From NCBI GenBank assembly GCA_022813865.1, contig JALDZX010000030.1, positions 124,001-188,000 on the forward strand: a stretch of 64,000 nt of DNA, written 5' to 3'. Numbering within the stretch: the stretch's first letter is position 1; the number at the start of each line of letters is the position of its first letter. The position numbers and the translations under genes are program-made. The notes below the pieces were generated by a model. The model saw only the letters and a program-made list of their open reading frames with translations. It was not told where the DNA came from and did no database searches. Positions 1 to 11,363 of the stretch are shown piece by piece. Source of the DNA: Xylographa opegraphella. Taxonomy: Eukaryota.

Positions 1-1572
1 TCTTTCTCGTCACCAACGGTGGTGTTACCATATGATGAAACTTCATAGTCAGCTTTAGTGATTGGAGCCGAAACTTGGTGAGAGTGTAGATTTCGTCCTG
101 TCTGAGCATGAATGAAGCGGAGAACATCTTTGTCGGCGACGAATTTTAACGGCGCATCTGGGCTGTATTCAGGAGAGCTTCGATTTGGATAAAAGAACCA
201 GTCATTGTTGGCGTCTTTATGGTGATAACATGTTACTTGCTGTTGCCCGGACCCTTCAGGATAGGTCTGGATGTGGGAATGTAAGAGACCACCTCCATAT
301 CCCATATTCTTGAGTGTTGCACGAGAACCGTATGCGATCTCCAGCGGGCTATCCTTGCCAACCTCTGTACCCCTAAGGTTGGCTTGGAAAAGTGAACTCA
401 TTTGAGCGTCTCCTGGGCCGCTGTTCTCCAAGATGAGGAAGTGAATATAGAAGGAGAACATGTATACCATCAATGGTACTATGATCAGACCGACAACTCG
501 AGCAGCAAAGTGCTCGGCTAATGTGATCTGAAGTTAATTAGCGTCGCCGTTGCTGCCAAGATGTATTGCGCATACCACAGGCATATCCAAGTCACCAAAT
601 TTGTTCCATAGATCCTCCACCGTGTATAGTCCAACTAGCGCCGTGCAGAAAAGTCCAACCCACTTGACGCTGCAAACGCAGCCGATACTTATCCCACTCA
701 AAAAGAGCCAGAGAAACCATTCAGGTGAGAAGCTCTCATCCCGAAGACGGTGGAATCTAGCCCAGCAGAGAACCGTAGTAAATGTAAAGAACAGGAGCAT
801 TGAGTCAAGCAGAATAAAACGAGATATAGTGGCGTACGAATTTTCGAAAAGGACCATCATTGTTACAAGCCATACTGCCGGCCTCCTAAGGTTCAGCTCT
901 CGCGCTGTGAAATAGGCAAGGGGCACACAGAGAGCGCCGAAAGTAGAGTTGAACAACCGCATGAAGGTGTAATTGACCTCCGCCGGGTATGTATCTCCAG
1001 ACTTAAACTCAAATGAGCCATTGTAGCTAGCCAAGTAGCCCGAAAGCCCAACAAGCATCTTTCCAAGTGGGGGGTGCACATCGAAATAAAACTCGCGTTT
1101 TAAGTAATGTGAGCCGAATTTACCGAAGCTATAGCATGAGTCTAGAATCAGCCTTCATTTTGCAGCATCGTCGCGCTGGAGCCATGCGTTCCCGAGGTCA
1201 AAACTTACTGGGCCTCATCCCATGTCACTATAGGCGACAGTCCTATCTTATACATCCGTGTGAAGAAAGCCATATAGGTGAATATGAGGGGCGCGATGAG
1301 GAATTCGTACTCGTCGAGAACAGAAAGGATAGACTGCTGTCGCTGGAAAGTTCAAGCGGGGTCAGCAAGATCCACCTCCACTATCAGGTCCAGAGTTGAT
1401 TTGACTCAGCTTGTTGCACTGGAAGTACCTTTTGTGATTTCTCTTGGTCAATCGTATCAGGTTCTTGCACGAGGCTCCGATTGCTCTTGTCGGAGGTTCG
1501 AATATTCCTTCGCCTCAAATCATGTCCACTTTGAGTAGTGCCAGTGGCATGACTAGCTCTAGTTGTCGCCAT
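1..1572 (-). CDS. PMT2: Dolichyl-phosphate-mannose:protein O-mannosyltransferase (PMT2 subfamily); multi-exon, 3' end runs off the window
   Basis: Motifs [30 protein letters not shown] and MIR-domain [31 protein letters not shown] at 1572. Confidence 0.92.
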
Positions 1573-2169
1573 ATCTCCGTCACTCCTCAATCCACAGGAA
1601 TATAAGAAGTAGCTCAGGCTGTGCAGGAGGAGAAATTCACCAAGGGGGAAATCAGGCGAAGTATAGCCCGGTCGTAAAGAGTGTAGAGAAAATAAAAGAC
1701 TACGATTAGGTAAATGTCGTTAAGGCGTCATGACACAGACGACAACACAGCGGGCATAGGAGTTTTGCGACTTGCGACCCGTGGATGCTCTGCAGTTCAA
1801 CTGTTCATCAACTGTTTGAGCTGAAAGCTGGCGTCTCCTTGACTTTCTCGCTGCCAAGGCCAGAATTTAAGCGAAAGACGCGCGAGCCTCACGACAGGGG
1901 TCCACAAAAGGGGTCAATGCGCTGTCGCTTCATAGCCTCAATCCAATCCAGAACTTTGCATCACTTTCTTTACCAAAAAGACAGCTTTTGACGAAAAAGT
2001 TGATAGATGATAGATTCGTAAATGACTTCCCGATCAAGGATAGCCTTGCCTTGACAAGACGCCCTCTAATTCGTATCCTCTATTTCCAAATGACTCGATG
2101 GAAGCCACAGCTCTGCACAATATGGTATGTATGCCGTATAAGCAAATAGGTATAAGACAAGGCACTCAT

Positions 2170-4110
2170 TCAATCATCGTCTTGATCTAGCCGCCTGTAC
2201 AATCCAGCTTCGCCTCCAGCCCCTTTGTCGTCGCTCTTCGATCTATTTACCATCCTTGAAATCCATCCTCCAATACCTTCACTCTGCCGCCGATCATCGT
2301 TCCCATCAGCAAGCTGAGACTTTCCATTCTCTCCATCGACAGGTGGGTTGATATCTAGGCCAGGGATCGCGTTATCTGCAGTGAAGTTTCCAGGCCTGCC
2401 CCTTCGGATATCCAAAGAAGGCACTGGAGATCGATTGCCACTCATCAAGGATTCGATCTCGGCATGTTGCGCCGGGGTTGGCATCGCGGTGGTAGCATCA
2501 CCGAATAACTGATCCATGTCTTCGAGTCGGAGATTTGCAGTTTCAGGGTATATAAAATAAACTACAAAGCGGTCAGTACAATTAGGATGACCAAATTGAT
2601 AAAAAGAGCTCACCAAGAACAAAACTGACAGCACAGAAGAACGCATGTATTAGATATAGTCGCCATTTAATCAAATCTTGGAGAATAGGCGTCAACTCTC
2701 CGACAAGCCAATTAAATGCCCAATTTGTTGCCGTGCTCAGGCTGGCACCCTTGGCTCGAATACTGAGCGGCAGAATCTCTGGAGGATATAGCCAAGGTAT
2801 TGGACCCCACGAGGCACCAAATGCCGCGTTATAAATCATAACGAAGATAACCACCAGGGTAGGTGTATTATGTATGTCGATAAAGAGGAAGTATGATATA
2901 AGTGACAAGGAAATGAGCATGGCGATAGCCCCAGACATTAGAATAATCCGGCGACCCCAGCGATCAACCACATACCAAGGCGGTACTGTTGATAAAAGAT
3001 AGGTGATTGCGTTTATGCCAGTCATGAGAATTGCCTTCCGTCCGTACCAACCAGCAGATTCGAAAACAAGCGGTGCGTAGTAGGATATCACGTTGATCCC
3101 ATTGAGCTGAGCAAGCGCTTGTGCTGACATGGCGATGAAGACGCGCTTATAGTATTTCCTGAACATGTCCCCGTAAGACTTCTCACCTTCCTGCCGCTGG
3201 AGCAGAACGTCCATCTTGATCTCCCGATACTCCTGTCGTGCTTTGTCGTTATGTATATCACCACCTCCGTACAGATTTGCGATTACTACAATTCCTTCCT
3301 CGTCGTGATCGTTGTCAAGCAACCATCTGAGATCTAATAAGTGATATTATCACAAGATTGTGACCCAACAGAATTGTAGCTCTTACCGTGGGGACTCGCA
3401 GATTATCAAACTACCCAGACCCAATAGAGCACCCATGAAGCACTGTAAAGCCAATGGCACCCGCCATGAATAGTCGCTCTCGATGAAAGTGCAGAAGTAG
3501 TCAACCCAGACGCTAGCGGCATAACCTGCTACATTGCCAGTAAACTCGATACAGGCCAACTTTCCTCTGTTGTGGGGAGGGGAGATCTCCGACTGATATA
3601 TGGGCACAATTGTTGACAGGGCACCCACACCAAGACCAGCAACAACCCGCCCAACAATCATCATTGGCATGCCATTGGCGAATGACTGTAAGGCACCTCC
3701 GGTGAAAAAGATTATGGAACCGTATAAGATAGTTCTTCGCCGGCCGATGATATCGCCAATTCGCCCGACCAATAGAGAGGAGATGAAAGCTCCAACCTCA
3801 AGGATGGCTACCATGGTACCAATCTCGGCAAATGTAGGCTGGTTGAAATAGTCCTTGAAATACGCTCCACTAGATCGGAGGAATCAGTCAGTATGGATCG
3901 AACGGACACCAGTGCCCACGTACGTTATTATCCCCGACATGACTCCCTGGTCATATCCAAAAAGAAAAACCCCCAACGAAACAAAAACACTTGTAAAGTA
4001 CCTGGTGGTCATTAGTGCGAGCTTTGAGAACAACATGTGAGGTTGATGGTATACAGCAACGGCTTCCCAGTCAAGCCATGCATCTGGCTTGACTCCCGGT
4101 CTCCCGTCAT
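2170..4110 (-). CDS. MFS sugar porter (high-affinity glucose transporter-like); true start may lie further upstream
   Basis: Motifs LFGYDQGVMSGII, GDIIGRR, PIYQSEISPPHNRG, ESPRWL, QLNGINVISYYAP, WGPIPWLYPPEI and YPET. First in-frame ATG at 4110. Introns have canonical ends. Confidence 0.93.
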
Positions 4111-4462
4111 AAGGACGGCAACGATCTTCTCCGCACGTGTGATGTACCTCGCCTTCGGTTGCGGGATCTGTATCGCCTCTTTATCGACTCCAGGATTGGT
4201 GGTCTTTCTTTCTAGATGGTCTTGCTCGACGTAGTGAACCTGCCTGGGGTGTCGGTCTCGATGCCTTGCGCCAGGCGTACCTGGACCTCCTTCCTCGGAA
4301 GACCTTCGGAACGGAACGTGCAAGGGATCCGCTTCAGCAGCAAGTTGCTCTGCAAGATCTCCGGTGTCGCTGAAAAAAGAATAGTCGGACCCAAGAGTGT
4401 CGGTAGAGTGTCGAGGACCCTGTTTCTCGTTGGCTGACTCGAGCAGTGAAGCTGAGTACTCG

Positions 4463-4648
4463 TCAGAGAACCGCGGCGGGGGGATTAGGTTCCGCAGTGG
4501 GATATTGGCGGGTCGGTGGGACGTTGAGGAAGGAATTGTGATTGTGAAGGGCCGGAAGCCCTTGGTCGAACGTGGGGACCGTGGTCGACGGTGAAAGGTA
4601 CGTCCGACTGGAATGTCCCGGGAAGGGTCCAGACGCTATCGTTGTCAT
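4463..4648 (-). promoter_or_regulatory. Candidate upstream ORF (61 aa, MTTIASGPF...), out of frame with the sugar porter
   Basis: ATG at 4648 and stop at 4463-4465. It overlaps the AUG-less in-frame extension of the transporter. Confidence 0.4.
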
Positions 4649-5258
4649 GTGCTTGAGGATGCAGGTGCTGGGCTCACGATGAAAGTCCTGCGTGTGGTCT
4701 GTCGTTGTTCTTGAGCAAGCGGAGAAATAGCACACGACCGGGGCGCCCTACATATGGTGAGCGGCTCTCTCGACGAATTGAACGATAGCTGGCATGGACG
4801 GATGGAGTGCGGCCAAATCCTGACAAACACGTCAAGCGTCAGCCCGACTCGTGCTTTTCTTTGTCTTGGCAGGGAGGCAAGGCCTAAGGCAGTCAGGGTC
4901 CACTCTATTGCGTTAGGCGAGGAAAACACGGCAGCCAATCATCTCGACTCCCGATGGTAATGATTCGTCGAAGAAATCTCGTAATCCTGCAGAGACACTG
5001 ACCAAGTGGCCTGGAAGTGGCTCGAACATAGGGATTGTACCTTACTTAAGGATATAATCTACCTCAGAACATTGCCACTTGCTTCAGAAGCTGAGTGTTT
5101 GCGCACTCATGTATGATAGGAGGCATCCCTGGCAACTTGCAACGACTGTCGTGATTCAGATCTACCATATCTCTCCACAATACGAAGCTAAATACAAGAA
5201 CATCTGCTGCGAATCCTGAAATGCTTGTCGAAGTGTGATGTAGTACCTGAAAATCCTC

Positions 5259-7053
5259 TTACATTACCGCCTCCATCACCCTCCTCCTCATCGCTTTCAG
5301 CTCTGCCTCTTTTTCCTTCAGCTTCCGCTTCAACAACATCGCTCGTCGCTTCCAGTTCACCGTCGCCGCTTCCTCCTCGCTTTCGTCTACCAGCTCGCTT
5401 GACTCCTCGTCGATCGAATTGAAGTAGTCTGCCGATGATCGCCGCTCGTCGATCTTAGGACTCGTGGGAACAGGGCCTCCGTCTTCACCGTTAACCAGAA
5501 CCTTCGGTGGTGGAGTGGCGAGGCGAACTGGGCCGCCCGCATGTTGTGGAACTTGTAATGAGAGCTTGCTCGGCTTCTTGATTGGAGTGTGGACGCCTGG
5601 CACTGATGCTGGTGGAGCAGCTGGGGGTTGGGTGGTGGACGGAGCAGTGTACAGGATCCAAGGGTGGGAGCGAGTGGGTGGTATGGGTGTTTCTGAGGGT
5701 GGTTGACTCGGGCTCTTGGTCTGGATGTTTACGGGAAATGTCGAGAAGGGACCATCTTGCACGGACCTGTTGCTGGGAGGTCTCCCTCTTGGGAGCTTCC
5801 CAGAGGTTGTGTTGCCGCCGCTAGGCCACACAGCCGATACAGCGGGCCCATGGCGTTTGCGTATGCGCTCCGAACTGAGCGGATGGGCCGACTGTGGTGT
5901 ATCCCGGGACGAGACGGCAGACTGAGAATGTCGAGGTGTGATCGCCGATTGTGGATATGGAATTGAAGGGTTGGCATCCGGAAGATCAACCCAGAAAGTT
6001 TGCTGCCCCATTGGTTGCTGTGGCTGGCTATTTACTGAATCAGACTTTGGCAGCAGGGCGCGCTGAGCTGCTCCCCATGGATCGTCAGATTGGGATTGCT
6101 CGGGCCGTGGCTGCTGACCCCAGCTCATCGCACTATGGAGAAGTGCCGACTGAGCTTCAAGAGGCGTTGCAATCTCTTCCGCGTTGAAGGAACCTTCTCT
6201 TCTTACTCGTTTGGAAGGAGTCCCGGGATGACCATCGTTGACTTCAATCTTTCGCCTGCCGCGCTTTGGCCGCCATTCTGGGAGTAGTGCCCGTAGTGCA
6301 AGGTCTTCTTCAGGAGGTACGCCGTCGCGAACTCTCTCGTTCAGTGATTCTTCTGCAGGTGGTACTTCCCTTGAGTAGGGGGTTGGCTTGCCGAGGCAAT
6401 ACTGGAAAAATGCATCTATATGAAAGGCATGTAACCATCGCTTTGAAAATCATGTCAGCAGTGATCGCAAACGGGGCAACGCACGGCTTATAAGAGTAGG
6501 AATGAAAACTGGATACCTTTAATCTAACAGCAAACTGCTGCACCTTTTGTGAGCTTTGGTTTTTCGTTGTGTCTGGTGGTTCAACTCCAAGCTCAATTAC
6601 CAGCTGAGACCAAGTCTCGATCTCTTTCGCTTCCAGCTTCTTGATCAGTAGAAACAATGCAAACGTGTCAAAGCAATTGCCATCCGTCTTTGGCATGGTA
6701 CGAAAGCCTCTTTTAAGCTCTGTTGCATCGGTGCTTAAGGGAATCGAAGGGTTACAGTAAAAAATAAATTGCACATATGCTTCATCGACTGACTCATTGT
6801 CGATATCGGTAGATGGCAAAGAACGTGTCCGCCCACTATATGGTTGTAATGGTGTGAGTGCTTGAGTTGCCTCTGCAATATTCTTTTGCTGCGGATCAAT
6901 ATCTTGCGTCTGCGTGGAATCGAGGCCAGGCTCAATCATCAAAGCTGTCGGAGCATTTCTAGGCGCGTCTGGGGCCGACTGCTCAAACGACGAGAACATG
7001 CCTGTGTGGAAGCCATAACCATTTTTGGGGCCTCCACCGTTCATCTCGATCAT
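5259..7053 (-). CDS. ARS-binding protein 2 (Abp2)-like protein, 2 exons
   Basis: N-terminal domain DEAYVQFIFYCNPSIP...PKTDGNCF..F.LF.LI.KL...EI.TWSQL..ELGVEPP...QSSQKVQQFAVRLK, then an intron, low-complexity middle and C-terminal coiled coil NWKRRA..LKRKL.EKE..RRVMEAVM. Confidence 0.8.
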
Positions 7054-7533
7054 ACGGTACACGATGATTCCCGATCCTCAAAGTGGCCGCCGTAGCAAAC
7101 AAAAGTGTACTGACTTGATTCATTATGTCAGTGCTGGTGGCCACATCAACATAGTATGTGATCGGATAGCTTACATTTATTTCACATATGAATATATTTG
7201 TAGGATAAAGGCCAGTAATTTGGCAGGATTAATGGAGTTCATAATTGCCCGAAAGAGGAATGATATCGTGAGCCGAGGCCCCTCGTCTCCACCAACGTCA
7301 CAGCCCACGCGAGGACCGAAGACCTCGATGTAACTACCACATGTGACACTCCGCATTCAGTACTTGTCGCATCAAATACTGCGGCGAGTCTCAGACTGAC
7401 ATATTTACATCTTCTAAGGGGATTGATCACGAAATATATAGCCACAGCAGTAGTCTAATCAACAATACTCTCTCCTTTCGGCACGCGAGCTACAAACACT
7501 TAGTTGTCTCATCTCAAACAATTGTCGCAGAGG

Positions 7534-8725
7534 ATGGCGGCGGTAGATACTACTGGCAAGTCTGCCGCTTCAGCTACTTCTGTCGTTCAGCAGGGCGACA
7601 ACATCGCGCACGCCCTTTCCGGAGCGGGCGGTGGGCTACTCGCAATGACCTTGACGTAGGCTGGGTCGAGTGATAGCTTCGCAGAGCTCGTACTGATCTA
7701 TCTCCAGCTACCCTCTCATCACTCTCTCCACCCGGGCTCAAGTTGAGTCGAAAAGAGCCCACTCGTCAACCTATGATGCTGTGCGGCGCATTGTTCAGCG
7801 GGAGGGTGTCTCCGGACTGTACGCGGGGCTCGATTCTGCTCTCTTCGGCATCAGCGTGACGAACTTTGTATACTACTACTGTAGGTCTTTCACTCTTTTC
7901 ATTCATACTGGCACTCCAGAAACGCTGTCCTCATCATATCGCAGAGGTGTCTGGCTACAGTTCAATCACTGATATATTTAGGGTACGAATGGACTAGAGC
8001 ATTCTTTGAGCGTGCCGCTATCAAATCCAGTCGCGCCTCATCGAGACTCACCACAATCGAGTCGATGATCGCAGGCGCAATCGCCGGTAGTGCCACTGTG
8101 CTCATCACAAATCCTATCTGGGTGGTGAACACCCGAATGACGGCCAGGAAATCGTCGTCTGATCTTCCAAGTAATTCAAAGTCTACCCGAGCACCGTCGA
8201 CCTTGGCCACTCTGAGGTCTCTTTTCAAGGACGAGGGTCCCACGGCCCTTTTCGCAGGGGTTCTGCCTGCTCTGGTGCTCGTCATCAATCCGATTTTGCA
8301 ATATACTATATTCGAGCAGCTGAAGAATGCTCTCGAGAAGCGGCGGAAGGTATTGCCGCGTGACGTCTTCCTCCTGGGCGCGATAGGAAAGCTACTGGCG
8401 ACGAGCATAACTTACCCCTATATTACCGTGAAGAGCAGGATGCATGTGGCCAGTAAAGATGGGCCACAGGACGGGATGTTGGAGAGCGTGAGGCGGATAG
8501 TGAGGGAGGAGGGATATGCAGGGTTATACAAGGGTATGACCACAATGCGCCATTCTTTCCCAGCTGGAAACCGTTGCGTTACTGACAAAAGACCATGTAG
8601 GCATTGGTCCCAAGGTTACGCAGAGTGTCATCACTGCCGCATTCTTGTTCGCCTTTAAGGATGCGCTCTACGACCTCAGCGTACAGCTGCGACGGAAGGT
8701 CCCGGCCAAACTCCCATTGAAGTGA
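7534..8725 (+). CDS. Peroxisomal carrier PMP47-like (mitochondrial carrier family)
   Basis: GDNIAHALSGAGGGLLAMTLTYPL, REGVSGLYAGL, TNPIWVVNTRM, TYPYITVKSRM, GLYKGIGPKVTQSV. Spliced ORF ends with TGA at 8723-8725. Confidence 0.9.
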
Positions 8726-10128
8726 TTAGGCTCAAGGACAGCTGTACAAGGTATGCATGTGCAACTATATGCAAGATAGGTTTCCAAGCGGTGTGAGACT
8801 CGGAACGGAGATTTGGTTGACAGTACGATTGTATGACTATTTTTGAGATAGTAAATCCCAAGGACGACGGATTTTGAACTTATCATACCAAGCATACCAA
8901 TACGTACATTCGAGGGCCGAGGACGAAGTGACGGCAGCGCCATAACAGCATGTGACTATGCAGGCCGCTGTTATGTTCTTCCGGTACGACCTAGAATAAA
9001 TTAAGGTATGACGCCGGCAAGAAAGCTGCACTCGACCCTGTCAGGTCATATTTTATTAGCTACCTTACAAACTCACGAGCAACGACGCTTTGACGGTGCT
9101 GCAAAATACAATGACGTGCGGTCAATGATAGCAGGGACCGTAGAGTACATACCACTGGCAGTAATTGGGAGAATTCTTCGGCGTGTGTTTCGGTGTTCGT
9201 GGGCTACCTTATTCCTTGGGATGCGCCACAGGAATTAAGGTGCAGCGGGGATATCCTGAAACGAGCTTACTCTAGGTGGGTAGGACGAGGTAGGATGGCA
9301 AGAGATTCGAGAGATCAGGATTCGGTTGATGCAGATCACGACTGTGGAACTGCCGTGATGTATTATTGTATTCTTGCTGTCGAAACGGTCGATCATTATT
9401 GCAGTTTCGTCCTTGGCAATCATTACGTCGAGTGTAGTTGATCGTCACTGCTGATGATATCTAAAAATACGCATCGTCGATCAGTGACCAAGAAATGGGG
9501 GCTTGAGTCCAAAGTGGCTGGTGAGCCTAAGATTGCGCTATCCCTGCTCAAGGGAAACGCCACACGCCAAGCCTGGAGATGGAACCAAGCTCGGTCGCAT
9601 GCAATTTCCCGTAACTTTCTGAGAACACTCGGAAAGCGCGCCGTCGACTTGCGCCTGCTGCATTGATCGTGCTCTTCCTTATTCATCATTCCCCCCCATA
9701 TTCCCTATTCACCATAACTTCCTGAACAAACAGCCAAAGCCCGCATTCTGTCAGCACGACGATCGTATTCAAGGATCCCGCTTGTGGTCGCTGCCGCAAC
9801 ATAGCCCGGAAGTTAAAAAGCGTGAGCTTTGTCGATCGCTCGCTTGTGCACGTCTTTCACGTCCACCCTGCCATCTCCGGCCTTGCCAGCGAAGACCTTC
9901 TGCGCAGCCAAAGGCATCCGGCCGCCACGGAGCTTTCAACTCTCGACGCTGCCATACTCTTCCACGGCTGATAGCAAGCTTTCTGCTCTCCATTGGCCGG
10001 TGATTTGAACGGCGTGCTCAGAGATCGAGCTTTGTTGATACACAAACAACTGTCGTACACCACACGAGTATAGCAGCTGGCCGCAGCGGGGCTTCTTGCT
10101 GCGATTGCAAAGGTCTACCTTGATCGCT

Positions 10129-11363
10129 ATGGGCTCGACGCAGTTCGGCAACTTTGGTGTAAGGTTACTGTGTTCTGGGGTACGAGAAGCGTACTAACGA
10201 TCCGTGTGTTCGCAGAACTTCTGCCGTGATTCAACCCTCCCAATCTGCAATGTATGTGTCTCGTTCAGCAATCGGCCTCTCACATTGGCTGTTGTTTGAT
10301 CCTTCGACCTGCTGACGAACTCGCCAACAGATCTTCACAGGTTCTCTCGCGAGAGGTGGACCGGGTTTTGGCAGCTGTCAACTCACTGGGATCCCACTGG
10401 CCAATGGTCAACATCTGAGAAATTTAGGTGTGCCACACATTGTTTCCGAGGGGTGGAACAGGGCTCACGTATGCAGGGTCGATACTTCTCTGCGGAGTCG
10501 CGATATTAATCACCATTTTCTTGCTATGGAGATCAGAAAGAAAGAAAGCCGCTGTTGGTCGAAGGTAAGCATTGATTCATTGAGCTACCCGTAGAACTAA
10601 TTGGTATTGATGCAACGCAGGGAAATGCAGCTTTTCTTGATAGGCTATATAATTATTGAGATATGTGAAATATTTACCGTGGGCGGATTTCCATTATCGA
10701 CCAATGTTAGACTGGTACGATAATTGAGCTCTTGTGAACTAGCACACGTCTGTTGACGATATTTAGGGCTTTACTGCGGTACACCTTGGCGCCATTACCG
10801 CAACGCTATGGGTTCTGCTTTTAAATGGGGTGGTTGGCTACCAAATAATGGACGACGGGACACCCTTCTCACTTGGCTTGATTCTCCTTTCCGCGATAGC
10901 AATGTTCATTGGCACCGGTTATATTACGCTGGATACAGCCTTGAGCTGGACACATCATTTTGATCTCAGCTTGACATACCCGAATCGAAACATCGGTCTT
11001 TATGTCCTCTACCAGCTTGCGCCGCTGGTCTTTTTGGTCCTATTCTTTCTTCTAGAGGCATATCTAGTTCTACGTGTTCTGGGAGAGCGGAAACCAATGC
11101 GTATGCTTTTATTCAGCACCGGCAGAAGCAAGCTAACATGTTCTATAGTCTACCTCATAGCTGCCGTCATCTTGTTTGCAATCGGGCAGATCTTCGAGTA
11201 TGTTATCAGCAAATACATTTGCAGCGGCACGAGCGGCAAGATCAACGGGACTCTTTTCGAAACACTCTTCACACTCCTCTCAGTCGTGATGGTCTGGGTA
11301 TTCTGGTCGAGTATCACGGAGGATGACTGGCCAATGCCGGTCACGGGCGGCGCCTATACATAA
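10129..11363 (+). CDS. Chs7-like chitin synthase export chaperone (multi-TM), many short exons
   Basis: MGSTQFGNF/NFCRDSTLPICN start, RSERKKAAVGRREM, GYQIMDDGT, and C-terminal LSVVMVWVFWSSITEDDWP typical of the Chs7 family. Confidence 0.85.
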
